A stretch of 32,000 nt of DNA from Candidatus Saccharimonadota bacterium. GTDB taxonomy: Bacteria > Pseudomonadota > Alphaproteobacteria > CAJXXZ01 > 1604HC. Location: the NCBI RefSeq assembly GCF_008189525.1, contig NZ_CP043314.1:540001-572000 (forward strand), in the 5' to 3' direction. A program made the translations under genes and the position numbers. The notes below the pieces were generated by a model. The model worked only from the letters and a program-made list of their open reading frames with translations, had not been told where the DNA came from and ran no database searches. Below, in pieces: positions 17,230 through 26,840 of the stretch (position 1 is its first letter; every line of letters begins with the position of its first letter).

Positions 17230-18762
17230 TTAAGATTCTTGTACTTTTTCAGAATATTCTTTGGAAAGCATCTTTATAGAAACAAACCATAGAACGCTTA
17301 TTAACAATATTACAACCATAAGGTATGGAGCAATTGCAAACTGACTAGATCCAGGAACAATCATAAGCAAAGCAGACTGTAACCAACCACCAAAAGATTT
17401 TGATATTCTACTTCCAGCAACATCTACTGCAGCCTTACCTTGGCTTTTAAGATCTTCATCCAAAGGAATATATGTCATTTCCTTAGTAGGATCGAACAAA
17501 GAATACTTTGTACTTTTGCTCGAAACATTTTGTATGGCTCCAAATATGAATGCCAAAAACCCAGGCCCAACACTAAACAAGCTAGCTAAAGGAGATAGGT
17601 ATGATTCAAACACTACAAAGAAGAAGAAAAGCACACCAGTAGAAACCATAACAACAGGTGTTATAGAAGCCGCAACAGACCAGCTAAACTTAGAAACTAT
17701 ATAGTTACCTAAAGCAAACATGATTATAGAACTAACTCCTGTAGCAAGCTGTACACCTGCATAAGCTGCTGTGTAATCAGACTTAATAGGATATAAGCTT
17801 CTCATCTGACTTTTCCAAGTAACTTCTACAAGGTTCATCATTGAGTTGTAACAAAATATTAAAAGCATTATCAATCCAAGGTACTTAGAAGAAAATACAA
17901 CTCTAAAGCTTTCTCTTAAAGAAGGTTTTTTCTTTTTCTTAGAACTATTAACTGGCTTTTTCTCTGCCAATTCTGGATCTGAAGAAACTATATATTTATT
18001 AATTCCCCAATAAATACCAGCCAATACAACCATTAATATGGTAACAGATACTATTATGTACTTGAATCTCAAATCGAAAACATCATCGCTAATTTTTCCA
18101 GACATGGATCTACTAAGTATATAAGAAGCCATTGAAAAACCTATGTTTCCTAACACACCAAAAGAAACATAAAATCTTTTTGATTGTGATGTTTTTGTTA
18201 TTTTGTTAGCGAACTGCCAAAACAACATGCTCATACCAAAACTTCCCCATAACTCAGAGAAGAAATAAAACATAGAAAATATCCATAGTCCATATATAGG
18301 CATCAACCATTTAAACATAGGATAGGAGGTTTGTAATCTAACAATAGTATCCATAGATGGATGCAAAAAATCTCTATTAGGATACAAGAAAAATATAAAA
18401 ACCAAATTAAAGATTATAAAAGGGGCTATTGTATAATAAAAAACATTCTGTTTCTTTTTTACAGAATTCATTAAAACACTGTAAAATATAACAAAAAGTA
18501 TAGAACAAGGAAGTACCACAACACCTTTTAGGTAGTTAAGTGTTTCAGCCCCAGAGGTCACATGTGTTACAAAGAAACCATCCTTCAGTGTTCTTAAAAT
18601 AGTGTAGTTGAAAAGGACGATAAACATCATCATAGCTAAAGGAAGATATTTCTTTATTTCACTTTTCTCTATAGGAAAAAATATCTTAACAAAACCTAAT
18701 AAGACTTTGTTAATAGATTGGAAAAATCCAGTCACACCTTTTCCTTTATAATAATCATTCAT
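17230..18762 (-). CDS. tlc: ATP/ADP translocase (Tlc/NTT family), paralogue 2
   Basis: 510-aa polytopic ORF with MLFWQFANKI, KRFYVSF and KYSLFDPTKEMTYIPLDEDLKSQGKAAVDVAGSRISKS. Confidence 0.92.
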   Translation of the reverse strand: MNDYYKGKGVTGFFQSINKVLLGFVKIFFPIEKSEIKKYLPLAMMMFIVLFNYTILRTLKDGFFVTHVTSGAETLNYLKGVVVLPCSILFVIFYSVLMNSVKKKQNVFYYTIAPFIIFNLVFIFFLYPNRDFLHPSMDTIVRLQTSYPMFKWLMPIYGLWIFSMFYFFSELWGSFGMSMLFWQFANKITKTSQSKRFYVSFGVLGNIGFSMASYILSRSMSGKISDDVFDLRFKYIIVSVTILMVVLAGIYWGINKYIVSSDPELAEKKPVNSSKKKKKPSLRESFRVVFSSKYLGLIMLLIFCYNSMMNLVEVTWKSQMRSLYPIKSDYTAAYAGVQLATGVSSIIMFALGNYIVSKFSWSVAASITPVVMVSTGVLFFFFVVFESYLSPLASLFSVGPGFLAFIFGAIQNVSSKSTKYSLFDPTKEMTYIPLDEDLKSQGKAAVDVAGSRISKSFGGWLQSALLMIVPGSSQFAIAPYLMVVILLISVLWFVSIKMLSKEYSEKVQES

Positions 18763-18873
18763 TAATTTACTCCTGACAATAAGTTATATTACTAAAATAT
18801 AAACTTTGCAATCTTGGAGCACTTTAACCTAAAATATTGCATAAAATTTTAATTGATTACATAATAAGAAGTA

Positions 18874-19515
18874 ATGATCGTAAATATAAAACAAAGAAAG
18901 TACGAAAGAGATGTTGAAACTTCTGCTGAAGACATTGCTAATTTACAAAAAATAGCTCAGGGCATGTCTATGCCACAAGAAAGAGCTATAGTTCAAGGAA
19001 CTGTAATTAGTGTAACCAAGGATCATGTTTGGGTTGACATAGGAGTGAAATCTGAAGGAAAAATTTCTATAGAAGAATTTAGCATGAATGGACATGGAGA
19101 AGTTCCAAGAGAAGGAGACATGATTGAGCTCTGGTTAGACAAATTAGAAGGACATAAAGGTCTTTCTATAAGTTACTCCAAAGTAAAACACATTAACTCT
19201 TGGAAAGCCTTGGATCAAATTTTCAGAACAGGAAGTTTGATAGATGGAATTATATCAAACCAAGGAAAGGGAGGATTCACAGTAAACCTTCTTCCTTGGG
19301 GTGTAAAAGCATTTTTACCAATCAGTCAAACAGATTTGAAAATAAGAAATCTTGCAAATACAGATCCTAAACTACTTTCTAAAGAAAAATTCACTTTTGT
19401 AATTATAAAAATGGAAAGAAAATGGAACATAGTAGTTTCTAGGAAAAACATAAGAGGTAGCGAAGAAGAAATCTCTGAGCAAACTGAAGAAAAAACAGAA
19501 CCTGCAAGCAGTTAA
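18874..19515 (+). CDS. rpsA: Ribosomal protein S1, truncated after S1 domain 2 (213 aa; an intact short form or a gene remnant)
   Basis: The N-terminal leader is SAEDIANLQK. Domain 1 is IVQGTVISVTKDHVWVDIGVKSEGKISIEEF. Domain 2 is GSLIDGIISNQGKGGFTVNLL...AFLPISQTD...KMERKWNIVVSRKNI. The stop comes 20 codons later, and no ORF of 60 aa or more lies in the following 551 bp. Confidence 0.8.
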   Translation: MIVNIKQRKYERDVETSAEDIANLQKIAQGMSMPQERAIVQGTVISVTKDHVWVDIGVKSEGKISIEEFSMNGHGEVPREGDMIELWLDKLEGHKGLSISYSKVKHINSWKALDQIFRTGSLIDGIISNQGKGGFTVNLLPWGVKAFLPISQTDLKIRNLANTDPKLLSKEKFTFVIIKMERKWNIVVSRKNIRGSEEEISEQTEEKTEPASS

Positions 19516-20066
19516 TCAAACTAAAACTATGTGTGGTTATCTTCAAAACACTGCACATTAATTACATCAAACAAAATACATTCTTAAATATAAATATTAT
19601 ATAAAATTTTGAAATTAAAATGAAAAATAAATATAACATTCATATTCTTAGAATAAAAAAATATCAATACAGTGAATATGAAAATAATTTTTATGCTCTA
19701 TATACAAATTTCAGATTATAAGTATAAAAATATTCTTATACTATGAAACAGAATTCTTCTATCCTACCCATACATGTAGAACAAAAATATTTTCTAGAAA
19801 TTTATTAATAAAAACCTATGTGTGAAACTTAATATAGTTCAAGTAAAAAAGAAAACTCTCAGTTAAAACTCTAAGCGTTTATTTTATTATATAATGTATT
19901 ACTTTGCATGTATAAACTTAAGAAATTTAATATTACAAACTAAAATTACTTTGTAGGTAAAAAGATAAACATATCAAGATCATAGAAAATCTTGTGCGCA
20001 TGAGTATAATTTTAAAAAAAATTCCTTCATGTTCTAAGCAATCAATCAGGTTGAAATTGTAAGGAA

Positions 20067-21470
20067 TTAATTTCCGCTTTTTATAGCATCTATTAATTCT
20101 TTTACTGTTGGAATATATTTATTTCCATTCTTTTTATAAAGAGGATCCCCTGCAAATCTGTATGCATTATCACCACCAAACATAAGATTATTATCTACAG
20201 AATCTCCATGAGAAACATTATGCAAAGTTTTGTATATGCAAAAAGATCTTGGATCAGGTTTTTCACCAGAAGTCCCTGCTTCATTATCCCAATTACTAAA
20301 CCTACATCTGCTTAAACAACCAACACAATTTATTTGATCTTCTTTAATTTGCTTTGCTTTTTCAGAATTCACAAACACTATTGTAGAGTCAGGAGTGTAT
20401 AGCATTTTATCATGCCCTGATTCTATCCATGAAGTAACTTTTTCTAAATCTGATTCTCTTATATATATTGTTCTACGGATATTCTTATATGGTGTGTTGA
20501 ATTCTTCATTAATTTCTTTTGAATACACAACTTGCCTATCACTTATACCTTGAAGATCTTGTAGAAAATCATTATTCACAGCTGAAGAATAAAACCCAGT
20601 AGGGCTAAATTTATTTATTTTTATATCACCTTGCTTTAAATCAAATAACTGCTGTTTCCACTCTTCTGATATAGGACTTTCTTGAGTAAGTAACGGTCTA
20701 GTTCCAAATTGAAACATTATAGGATTCATGAATGGATCATTAATCCAATCCTTCTCGAATTCTTTTAAGTTCCAAACTCCACCTGCTAAAATTATTGGAA
20801 TATGCTTTAAATCCAAATCATTCATAGTTTCTCTTAGTTTTCGCACTCTTCCCAAAGAATCTTCAGGATTATTAGGATCTTCTCTATTTGATATACCTAA
20901 GTGACCACCTGATCTCCAAGGATTTTCATAAACCACAGCACCCAAATAGTCTTTATATTTCTTATAAGCCCTTTTCCATAGAACTTCAAAAACTTTAGCT
21001 GAAGATACTATAGGATAAAACATAACTTTGTATTTAGCAGCTATTTCACCTAACTGATAAGGGATTCCAGCACCGCAAGTTACACCATGTATCAAATCTC
21101 CTACTTTAGATAAAACTCCATGCAAGATTTCCTTTGTCTTAGCAAGTTCCCATAAAATGTTTATATTTATTAATCCATTACCATTAGATCTCTCTCTAGC
21201 TATTTTGACCTGAGATATTGTTGCTTCTATAGAATGATCAGCAAGCTGTTGAGACCTATCTGCTCTAGTAGCTCCGCTAAACCCATCTATTCCCTTTGAT
21301 ATAGTAATATGATTTCTAATTATGTCTGAATATACAGCAGATATAGTGCCTATTCCTCCGCAAGCAGCCCATGCTCCTGCGCTTTCTCCATTTGTAGCAT
21401 AGATTCCTTTACCACCTTCTACTAGAGGAAGTATCTCTTTACCATTAATAACTAAATTTTTCAAAATCAT
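20067..21470 (-). CDS. Nitronate monooxygenase / 2-nitropropane dioxygenase-family FMN oxidoreductase (long form), specific function unknown
   Basis: The N-terminal block LPLVEGGKGI...AACGGIGTIS resembles the NMO-family block IIQGGMG...AGGIGVIS. It also has IPIILAGGV and a C-terminal Cys cluster CVGCLSRC. An AAGGA Shine-Dalgarno sequence precedes the ATG. Confidence 0.6.
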   Translation of the reverse strand: MILKNLVINGKEILPLVEGGKGIYATNGESAGAWAACGGIGTISAVYSDIIRNHITISKGIDGFSGATRADRSQQLADHSIEATISQVKIARERSNGNGLININILWELAKTKEILHGVLSKVGDLIHGVTCGAGIPYQLGEIAAKYKVMFYPIVSSAKVFEVLWKRAYKKYKDYLGAVVYENPWRSGGHLGISNREDPNNPEDSLGRVRKLRETMNDLDLKHIPIILAGGVWNLKEFEKDWINDPFMNPIMFQFGTRPLLTQESPISEEWKQQLFDLKQGDIKINKFSPTGFYSSAVNNDFLQDLQGISDRQVVYSKEINEEFNTPYKNIRRTIYIRESDLEKVTSWIESGHDKMLYTPDSTIVFVNSEKAKQIKEDQINCVGCLSRCRFSNWDNEAGTSGEKPDPRSFCIYKTLHNVSHGDSVDNNLMFGGDNAYRFAGDPLYKKNGNKYIPTVKELIDAIKSGN

Positions 21471-21506
21471 TGTTGTATCCTTATATCCCTTATGCGCTTT
21501 TTCAAA

Positions 21507-21603
21507 GCTTTCAATTTACTTTTTATTTTTTTACTTTCAGGTTTAAAACTTTCATATGTTTAAACTCTGAAACTTTCATATATTTAGACTTTCCATATAT
21601 TTA
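21507..21603. repeat. Cluster of direct repeats. The heptamer ACTTTCA occurs 3 times exactly, with 2 variants. It is nested in three imperfect 17-mers spanning the hflC stop and the hflC/oxidoreductase spacer.
   Basis: ACTTTCA is at 21533-21539, 21548-21554 and 21572-21578. GCTTTCA is at 21507-21513 and ACTTTCCA at 21588-21595. The 17-mers are aaactttcatatgttta (21546-21562), aaactttcatatattta (21570-21586) and gactttccatatattta (21587-21603). Confidence 0.85.
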
Positions 21604-22448
21604 CTCTTACTAGAAATTAAGAAAGTTTTCTTGCCAGAGAGCGCTTTTCTATAATTATTATATTCCATAAGCTTCTTTGCAACCTCTGGATCAACCACAT
21701 ACGCGCTATTAACTATCTTTATATATTCTGAATCTGCTTTTCCAATTATAGATGCGCTTTCTCTTTCTGCTTTAGAAATAATACTCATAGAATCAAGATC
21801 CGCCTTTGATTTTATTCTCTTATAAGAACGTAAAGCCTCACCTCTCCATTCTTGCGCTTCTTTTAATCTTTCAGTAATCATTCTCTTGAAAACAGAATCA
21901 TTATTTTCTTTAGGGAAAGCAATCTTCTTAACACGTACCTCCATTACACCTATACCAAGCAAATCAACAGATTCCAAAAGTTTATTTTTTATTTTAGAAA
22001 TAGTCTCCGCTCTCCTAGAGGATATCACATCTTTCAAATTATATTTACCCAAAACATCTCTTACTTCTCCAGCAATAATCACTCCTAATCTTTTAGAAGC
22101 AGACTCATAAGTCCTTAAGCTTTCATAAAATCTAACAGGATCTTTAATATAATATCTAGCAAAAATATCTATAATAATCCTCTTTTGATCTCCTAAAGTC
22201 ATTTCTAACTCTGAAACATCGCAACTTAGAACTCTCTTTTCATAAGTTTCTACAGACTGCCATGGTAGAATAAAATGCAAACCAGATTCTTGTACTGTCT
22301 TAACATATTTACCAAATGAATTAACAATCGCCTGGTTCGATTCCTGCAAAGAAAATGTACAAAAGAATAATATAAAACATAATGTAATTAAAAATGATAT
22401 AAAAGGCACTAAGATGATTTTTGTAAAGAAGGATTTAATTTTATTCAC
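21576..22448 (-). CDS. hflC: Protease modulator HflC (SPFH/band-7 family)
   Basis: It has an N-terminal transmembrane segment, an SPFH domain (GLHFILPWQSVETYEKRVL) and a coiled region. Its GTG start overlaps the hflK TGA stop (GTGA at 22445-22448). Confidence 0.85.
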   Translation of the reverse strand: MNKIKSFFTKIILVPFISFLITLCFILFFCTFSLQESNQAIVNSFGKYVKTVQESGLHFILPWQSVETYEKRVLSCDVSELEMTLGDQKRIIIDIFARYYIKDPVRFYESLRTYESASKRLGVIIAGEVRDVLGKYNLKDVISSRRAETISKIKNKLLESVDLLGIGVMEVRVKKIAFPKENNDSVFKRMITERLKEAQEWRGEALRSYKRIKSKADLDSMSIISKAERESASIIGKADSEYIKIVNSAYVVDPEVAKKLMEYNNYRKALSGKKTFLISSKSKYMESLNI

Positions 22449-23788
22449 GAAACACCTCCATTGTAATTTTGTGATACAAACCCATGACTTCCAAAATCTA
22501 CTGAATTACTTTTGCTAGACAAAACTTTTTTCGTAGATTTATTATCAGCATTTTTTGTAATTAGTTTTTTATGCATTAATTTCCTAGATTTATCATATTC
22601 AGAAAACTTTTCTGTATTTAGTAATTTCAAGCTGTCCAATTTAGAACTATCCATACCTACAGAAATGAAATTATTATTCATAGCTGATCCTGGAACTACG
22701 TAAACTGTTTTATCATGCAAAACATCTGATATGCATTCTAGATTCATAAAAAACAAACTCAAATCTCTGTTATTTTTTATTTCTTCATATTTTTTCAAAA
22801 ATGCACCACTTAAACCTTTAGCTTTTTCTATTTTTTCCACGTAGTAAGATTTAGCATTATTTATAATTTTCTCAGCCTCACCTTTTGCTGAAGGAATTAC
22901 GAAATTTGCGTAACTTTGAGCTTCATTTATCTTTGTTTCTTTCTCAAGCTTAGCTTTTAAGACATCTCTGTAAGAGCTTATAACTGAGCTAGGAGGATCT
23001 ATTTTTCCCATTTGTACATCAACTATATCTATACCTATGTCATAAGAAATAATTGCTCTATTCAAGAGATCTGTAACCTTGTTACCTATTTCATCTCTAT
23101 CAAGCGTCAAGCATTGTTCAGTATTATATAAAGAAATTACATACCTAATAATGCTACTAGCAGCAGCATTTATTATCTCATCAGGTCTTTTAGCCTTAAA
23201 CAAATAGTTCTTTAAATTAGAAATTCTCCAAAATATAACCATATCTACTAATAATAGGTTTTCATCCTTTGTAATCATTAAGTTATCTTTTAGATCTGAA
23301 GAGGTGTTTATCTTGTGCAATATAGTTACATCCCTTTTTAAGGTTTCTTCTATAGGTTTTGGAAACTTCCAATGCAAACCAGGGCCAACTTCGTTAATGA
23401 CTTTACCGAACCTCATTACGACAGCCTTCTCATTCATCTTAACCATAAAAAATCCTGAAGAAATCCAAATCACAAATACCGCACAAAATGCCCTGAAAAT
23501 ATTTTTACTACTAAGAATACTGCTTAATCTATTTTGTATATCACTACCTAGAAAATTAAATATATCACTATTAAAGCCAAATTTCTTTTCTTTTACGTCA
23601 TCGATATCTATGTATTGATCTGACTTCTTAGTTCCAGAAAATAGACCAGCATTATTACTTATAAGCAGAAAAACTATAATAAATAATATAAAAGGAAAGA
23701 ATTTAAAAAAATAATAAACCAAAATAGGAATTGCAAATGCCTTAAAAAACACATTCAAATTATATATCAGCATGCCGCCTTTGTACAT
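22445..23788 (-). CDS. hflK: Protease modulator HflK (SPFH/band-7 family)
   Basis: A transmembrane region is followed by an SPFH domain (VVMRFGKVINEVGPGLHWKFPKPIE; DIVDVQMGKIDPP). It sits in the canonical hflK-hflC order with a 4-nt overlap. Confidence 0.85.
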   Translation of the reverse strand: MYKGGMLIYNLNVFFKAFAIPILVYYFFKFFPFILFIIVFLLISNNAGLFSGTKKSDQYIDIDDVKEKKFGFNSDIFNFLGSDIQNRLSSILSSKNIFRAFCAVFVIWISSGFFMVKMNEKAVVMRFGKVINEVGPGLHWKFPKPIEETLKRDVTILHKINTSSDLKDNLMITKDENLLLVDMVIFWRISNLKNYLFKAKRPDEIINAAASSIIRYVISLYNTEQCLTLDRDEIGNKVTDLLNRAIISYDIGIDIVDVQMGKIDPPSSVISSYRDVLKAKLEKETKINEAQSYANFVIPSAKGEAEKIINNAKSYYVEKIEKAKGLSGAFLKKYEEIKNNRDLSLFFMNLECISDVLHDKTVYVVPGSAMNNNFISVGMDSSKLDSLKLLNTEKFSEYDKSRKLMHKKLITKNADNKSTKKVLSSKSNSVDFGSHGFVSQNYNGGVS

Positions 23789-23858
23789 AAATAAATTAAA
23801 ATAAACAAAAATGTTGTAGAACTTTTCATAAATAAATAATACAATCCCTATAACTTTT

Positions 23859-23864
23859 AAGGAG
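23859..23864 (+). promoter_or_regulatory. Shine-Dalgarno sequence (AAGGAG) for lepB
   Basis: AAGGAG overlaps the tracked GTG start at 23864 and lies 5 nt upstream of the in-frame TTG at 23870. This makes TTG 23870 the more likely initiation codon. Confidence 0.5.
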
Positions 23865-24679
23865 TGATTTTGACAAGTAATTTTTCCAAAACAGAATTCA
23901 CAAGAAACAATAATAAAAAAAAGACATCTTTATCTTTTTACATAATTTCTATTCTGATTTTTCTAAGAGTGTTTGTAATTGAGCACTACATAGTGCCATC
24001 CGAATCTATGTCCAGAACAATGGAAAATGGAGACATAGTATTAGCGAAAAAATACCACGGCTTTTCCAGGATGTCTATTCCATTTATAGGAGGAATGCTT
24101 CCTTTTTTGAAAAACCCAATCTTTGCGCAAGAGCCTAAGAGAGGAGAAGTAATTTGCTTCTCACTAGAATCAGAACCTCAAAAACTATATACAAAAAGAA
24201 TAATAGGCGTAGGTGGAGATTTAGTGCAAGTAAAAGAAGGTATCATATACATAAATGATACTCCTTTAAAAATGACTCAAAAAGGTACTTATAACTTACT
24301 TCATGACAACGGAACTACAACAACAATGAATGTTTTTGAAGTTGAAATATCTGAAAATAAAAAATATGAAGTTTTAAGGAAGCAAGAATTAAATGATACA
24401 GACAGAGCTTCAGATAACACTCCTGTATTCAAAGTTCCTAAGGATCATGTTTTTTGCATTGGTGACAATATGCATTACTCTCATGACTTCAGGTTCTTCA
24501 CATTCACATCTTTTCTACATAAAAACAGAATCATAGCAAAGCCTTTTATAATTATTTTTGGATCTAAATACAGAAATAACGCAAATGTTTCTTGGTCCCA
24601 ATGGATTATTAGACTTCCTTATAGTATATTAATGAGTATAGTAAATGTTCGATTTAACAGAGTTGGAAAAGAAATTTAA
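23864..24679 (+). CDS. lepB: Signal peptidase I
   Basis: It has a transmembrane anchor, the catalytic Ser box VPSESMSRTM, the Lys box YTKRIIGVGGD and box E GDNMHYSHDFR. The probable start is TTG 23870. Confidence 0.88.
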   Translation: MILTSNFSKTEFTRNNNKKKTSLSFYIISILIFLRVFVIEHYIVPSESMSRTMENGDIVLAKKYHGFSRMSIPFIGGMLPFLKNPIFAQEPKRGEVICFSLESEPQKLYTKRIIGVGGDLVQVKEGIIYINDTPLKMTQKGTYNLLHDNGTTTTMNVFEVEISENKKYEVLRKQELNDTDRASDNTPVFKVPKDHVFCIGDNMHYSHDFRFFTFTSFLHKNRIIAKPFIIIFGSKYRNNANVSWSQWIIRLPYSILMSIVNVRFNRVGKEI

Positions 24680-25322
24680 ACACCTTAATGCTTTGGAAAA
24701 AAAGCTGGGTTATTCTTTTAAAAATATAAAAAACTTAATACATGCAATGACTCACCCTAGCTTTCACAAATCTGATTTTGAAATGTTGGAATTCATAGGA
24801 GACAGGGTGCTGAATCTAGCTATAGCCAATAAACTATGGAATAAAAAATACAAAAGTGAAAAAGAGTATGCTGAAAAACTAGCAACTCAAGTCAATCGCT
24901 TCTCTCTTCTAAAGATTGCCAACATATGGGAATTAGATAAATATATACTTTGGTCTGGATCAGACATAAAAAGCATTTTGGTAGATGCTTGTGAAGCAGT
25001 AATAGGTGCAATCTTTATAGATGGAGGATGGGAAAAGGCGAACGACCTAATACATTCTAGTTGGCCAGATGAAACAATGTGTTTCGAAGAACTAGACCCT
25101 AAATCAGTACTGCAACAATGGGGACACAAAACAGCAGCATCTTATAAGTACAAAACCATAGAAAAAGTAGGACCTGCTCACAAACCACAATTCACTATAC
25201 AACTTACAGTTAATCAATATATAGTCACAACAACAAGCACCTCGAAAAGAACTGCTGAAAAACAAGCTGCTCTAGAGTTTCTTAAAAAATATACAGATTT
25301 AATACCTGATCAAATAAAATAA
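24645..25322 (+). CDS. rnc: Ribonuclease III
   Basis: The signature is EMLEFIGDRVLNL, the second catalytic block is VDACEAVIGAIFIDGG, and a C-terminal dsRBD is present (DPKSVLQQW...PAHKPQF). It sits in the conserved lepB-rnc order and overlaps lepB by 35 nt. Confidence 0.92.
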   Translation: MFDLTELEKKFKHLNALEKKLGYSFKNIKNLIHAMTHPSFHKSDFEMLEFIGDRVLNLAIANKLWNKKYKSEKEYAEKLATQVNRFSLLKIANIWELDKYILWSGSDIKSILVDACEAVIGAIFIDGGWEKANDLIHSSWPDETMCFEELDPKSVLQQWGHKTAASYKYKTIEKVGPAHKPQFTIQLTVNQYIVTTTSTSKRTAEKQAALEFLKKYTDLIPDQIK

Positions 25323-25710
25323 TCTAAAAATCATTGTAAACATCAAAGCTCCAACTAAAATATGTAATGTGTGGTAAATTAACCAAAACTGTTAGAAAAT
25401 TTTATCTCTAAACAGAAAAACAAAAATTGAAAAGAGAGCTCTGAAAAGGATTCGTATTCTATTAGAATTAAAATAAAGTCCTTGAAAGCTATAGAGCTCA
25501 ATAGAGCTTACTATCAGCACATTCTCTTAAGTATAATATTGTCCATTAATATAAAACCAACAAACTATACGATATTAAATTACATAAAGTTATTAAGTGC
25601 TTAAAAATTCAAATATAAGACTGCTTATATTTTTTTACAAACACCTTTATGAACATGTTTTTATAAACATATGCTTTGTAAATCTTTAATAACTATTTTC
25701 TAGTTATTTA

Positions 25711-26685
25711 TTATTTTTTCTTAAAATCCAACAACTCAGCTATCTGTACTGCATTCAAAGCAGCTCCTTTTCTTAAGTTGTCATAACATACCCACATGCT
25801 CAAAATTCCATTTGCTCTTCTGACTCTACTGATAAGTATTTTGTCAGTATTGGCAGACTGTCTAGGCGTAAAATATTTACCTTTCTCATCAGCAACAGAG
25901 AATAAATCAGAACTTTTCAGACATTTTACAGCATCTTCTACTTCCAAATCACACATAACATGCAATGCAATACTATGACCTACCATTACTGGAACTCTTA
26001 CTACAGTTATGTTAACAGGAAATTTGGATTCCATAATTTTATGAGTTTCACTTGTTATTTTAAACTCTTCCTCAGATTTTCCATCATCAAGAGCTTCACC
26101 TACTTGAGGCAAAATATTAAAAGCTATTTCTTTCTCAAAAAATTGAGGCTGTATGACACTAGACATCAAAGACTCTTTTGTTTCATTCAACAAAGCATTT
26201 AAAGCCTTTGTCCCAGCTCCAGATACAGATTCGTTGATTGATGCAAACATTCTTTCTATTTTTGTTTTTTTCCTAAGATTGTTTAATATAACTGAAATTG
26301 CGATTGCAACACAGTTAGGGGAACATATAACCTTGGTTTCAGAATTAATTTTATGAGGGTTAACTTCAGGAACTACAAGAGGTATATCTTTATCCATTCT
26401 AAGAAGCTCTGATTTATCTATGAAAATTGCATCAGAATCAGATATAGGCCCAAGTAATTTTCTTACTGAATCTTTAGATGAGGCACCAAAAACCAAATCC
26501 ACTTTATTAAAGTCAAAGTCTTCAGATATTTCAGTCTTGTACAACTTACCATCTATAGTAACTTCTTTTTTTGACCTACTTAAAAGATGAAGAGATGAGA
26601 TAGGAAATTTTCTTTCATTAAGAATACTAACTATTTTTCTGCCAACTAATCCAGTTGCTCCTATAATTGCTATTTTTACATTCAC
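25711..26685 (-). CDS. asd: Aspartate-semialdehyde dehydrogenase
   Basis: It has a Rossmann N-terminus (KIAIIGATGLVGRK), the active-site Cys in SPNCVAIA and the His in MVGHSIALHV. The start is GTG. Confidence 0.9.
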   Translation of the reverse strand: MNVKIAIIGATGLVGRKIVSILNERKFPISSLHLLSRSKKEVTIDGKLYKTEISEDFDFNKVDLVFGASSKDSVRKLLGPISDSDAIFIDKSELLRMDKDIPLVVPEVNPHKINSETKVICSPNCVAIAISVILNNLRKKTKIERMFASINESVSGAGTKALNALLNETKESLMSSVIQPQFFEKEIAFNILPQVGEALDDGKSEEEFKITSETHKIMESKFPVNITVVRVPVMVGHSIALHVMCDLEVEDAVKCLKSSDLFSVADEKGKYFTPRQSANTDKILISRVRRANGILSMWVCYDNLRKGAALNAVQIAELLDFKKK

Positions 26686-26840
26686 AATCGGATTTTACAT
26701 AAAGAGCATAATTTTGGCAACACACATTTTTTTATATCTAAATAAGTATCAAAAGAAATAAGTAACAGAAGTGTGCAGTATCTAAATAACTTAAGGTATA
26801 CATAAACCAAACAATAAAAACACAGATATATTTATTTTTA

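Noticed and set aside
25367-25411. Possible remnant of era after rnc (mini-ORF MCGKLTKTVRKFYL with a GK(L/S)T-like string)
   Set aside because: It is only 14 codons. The similarity to the Era P-loop (GRPNVGKSTLLN) is too weak to distinguish from chance.
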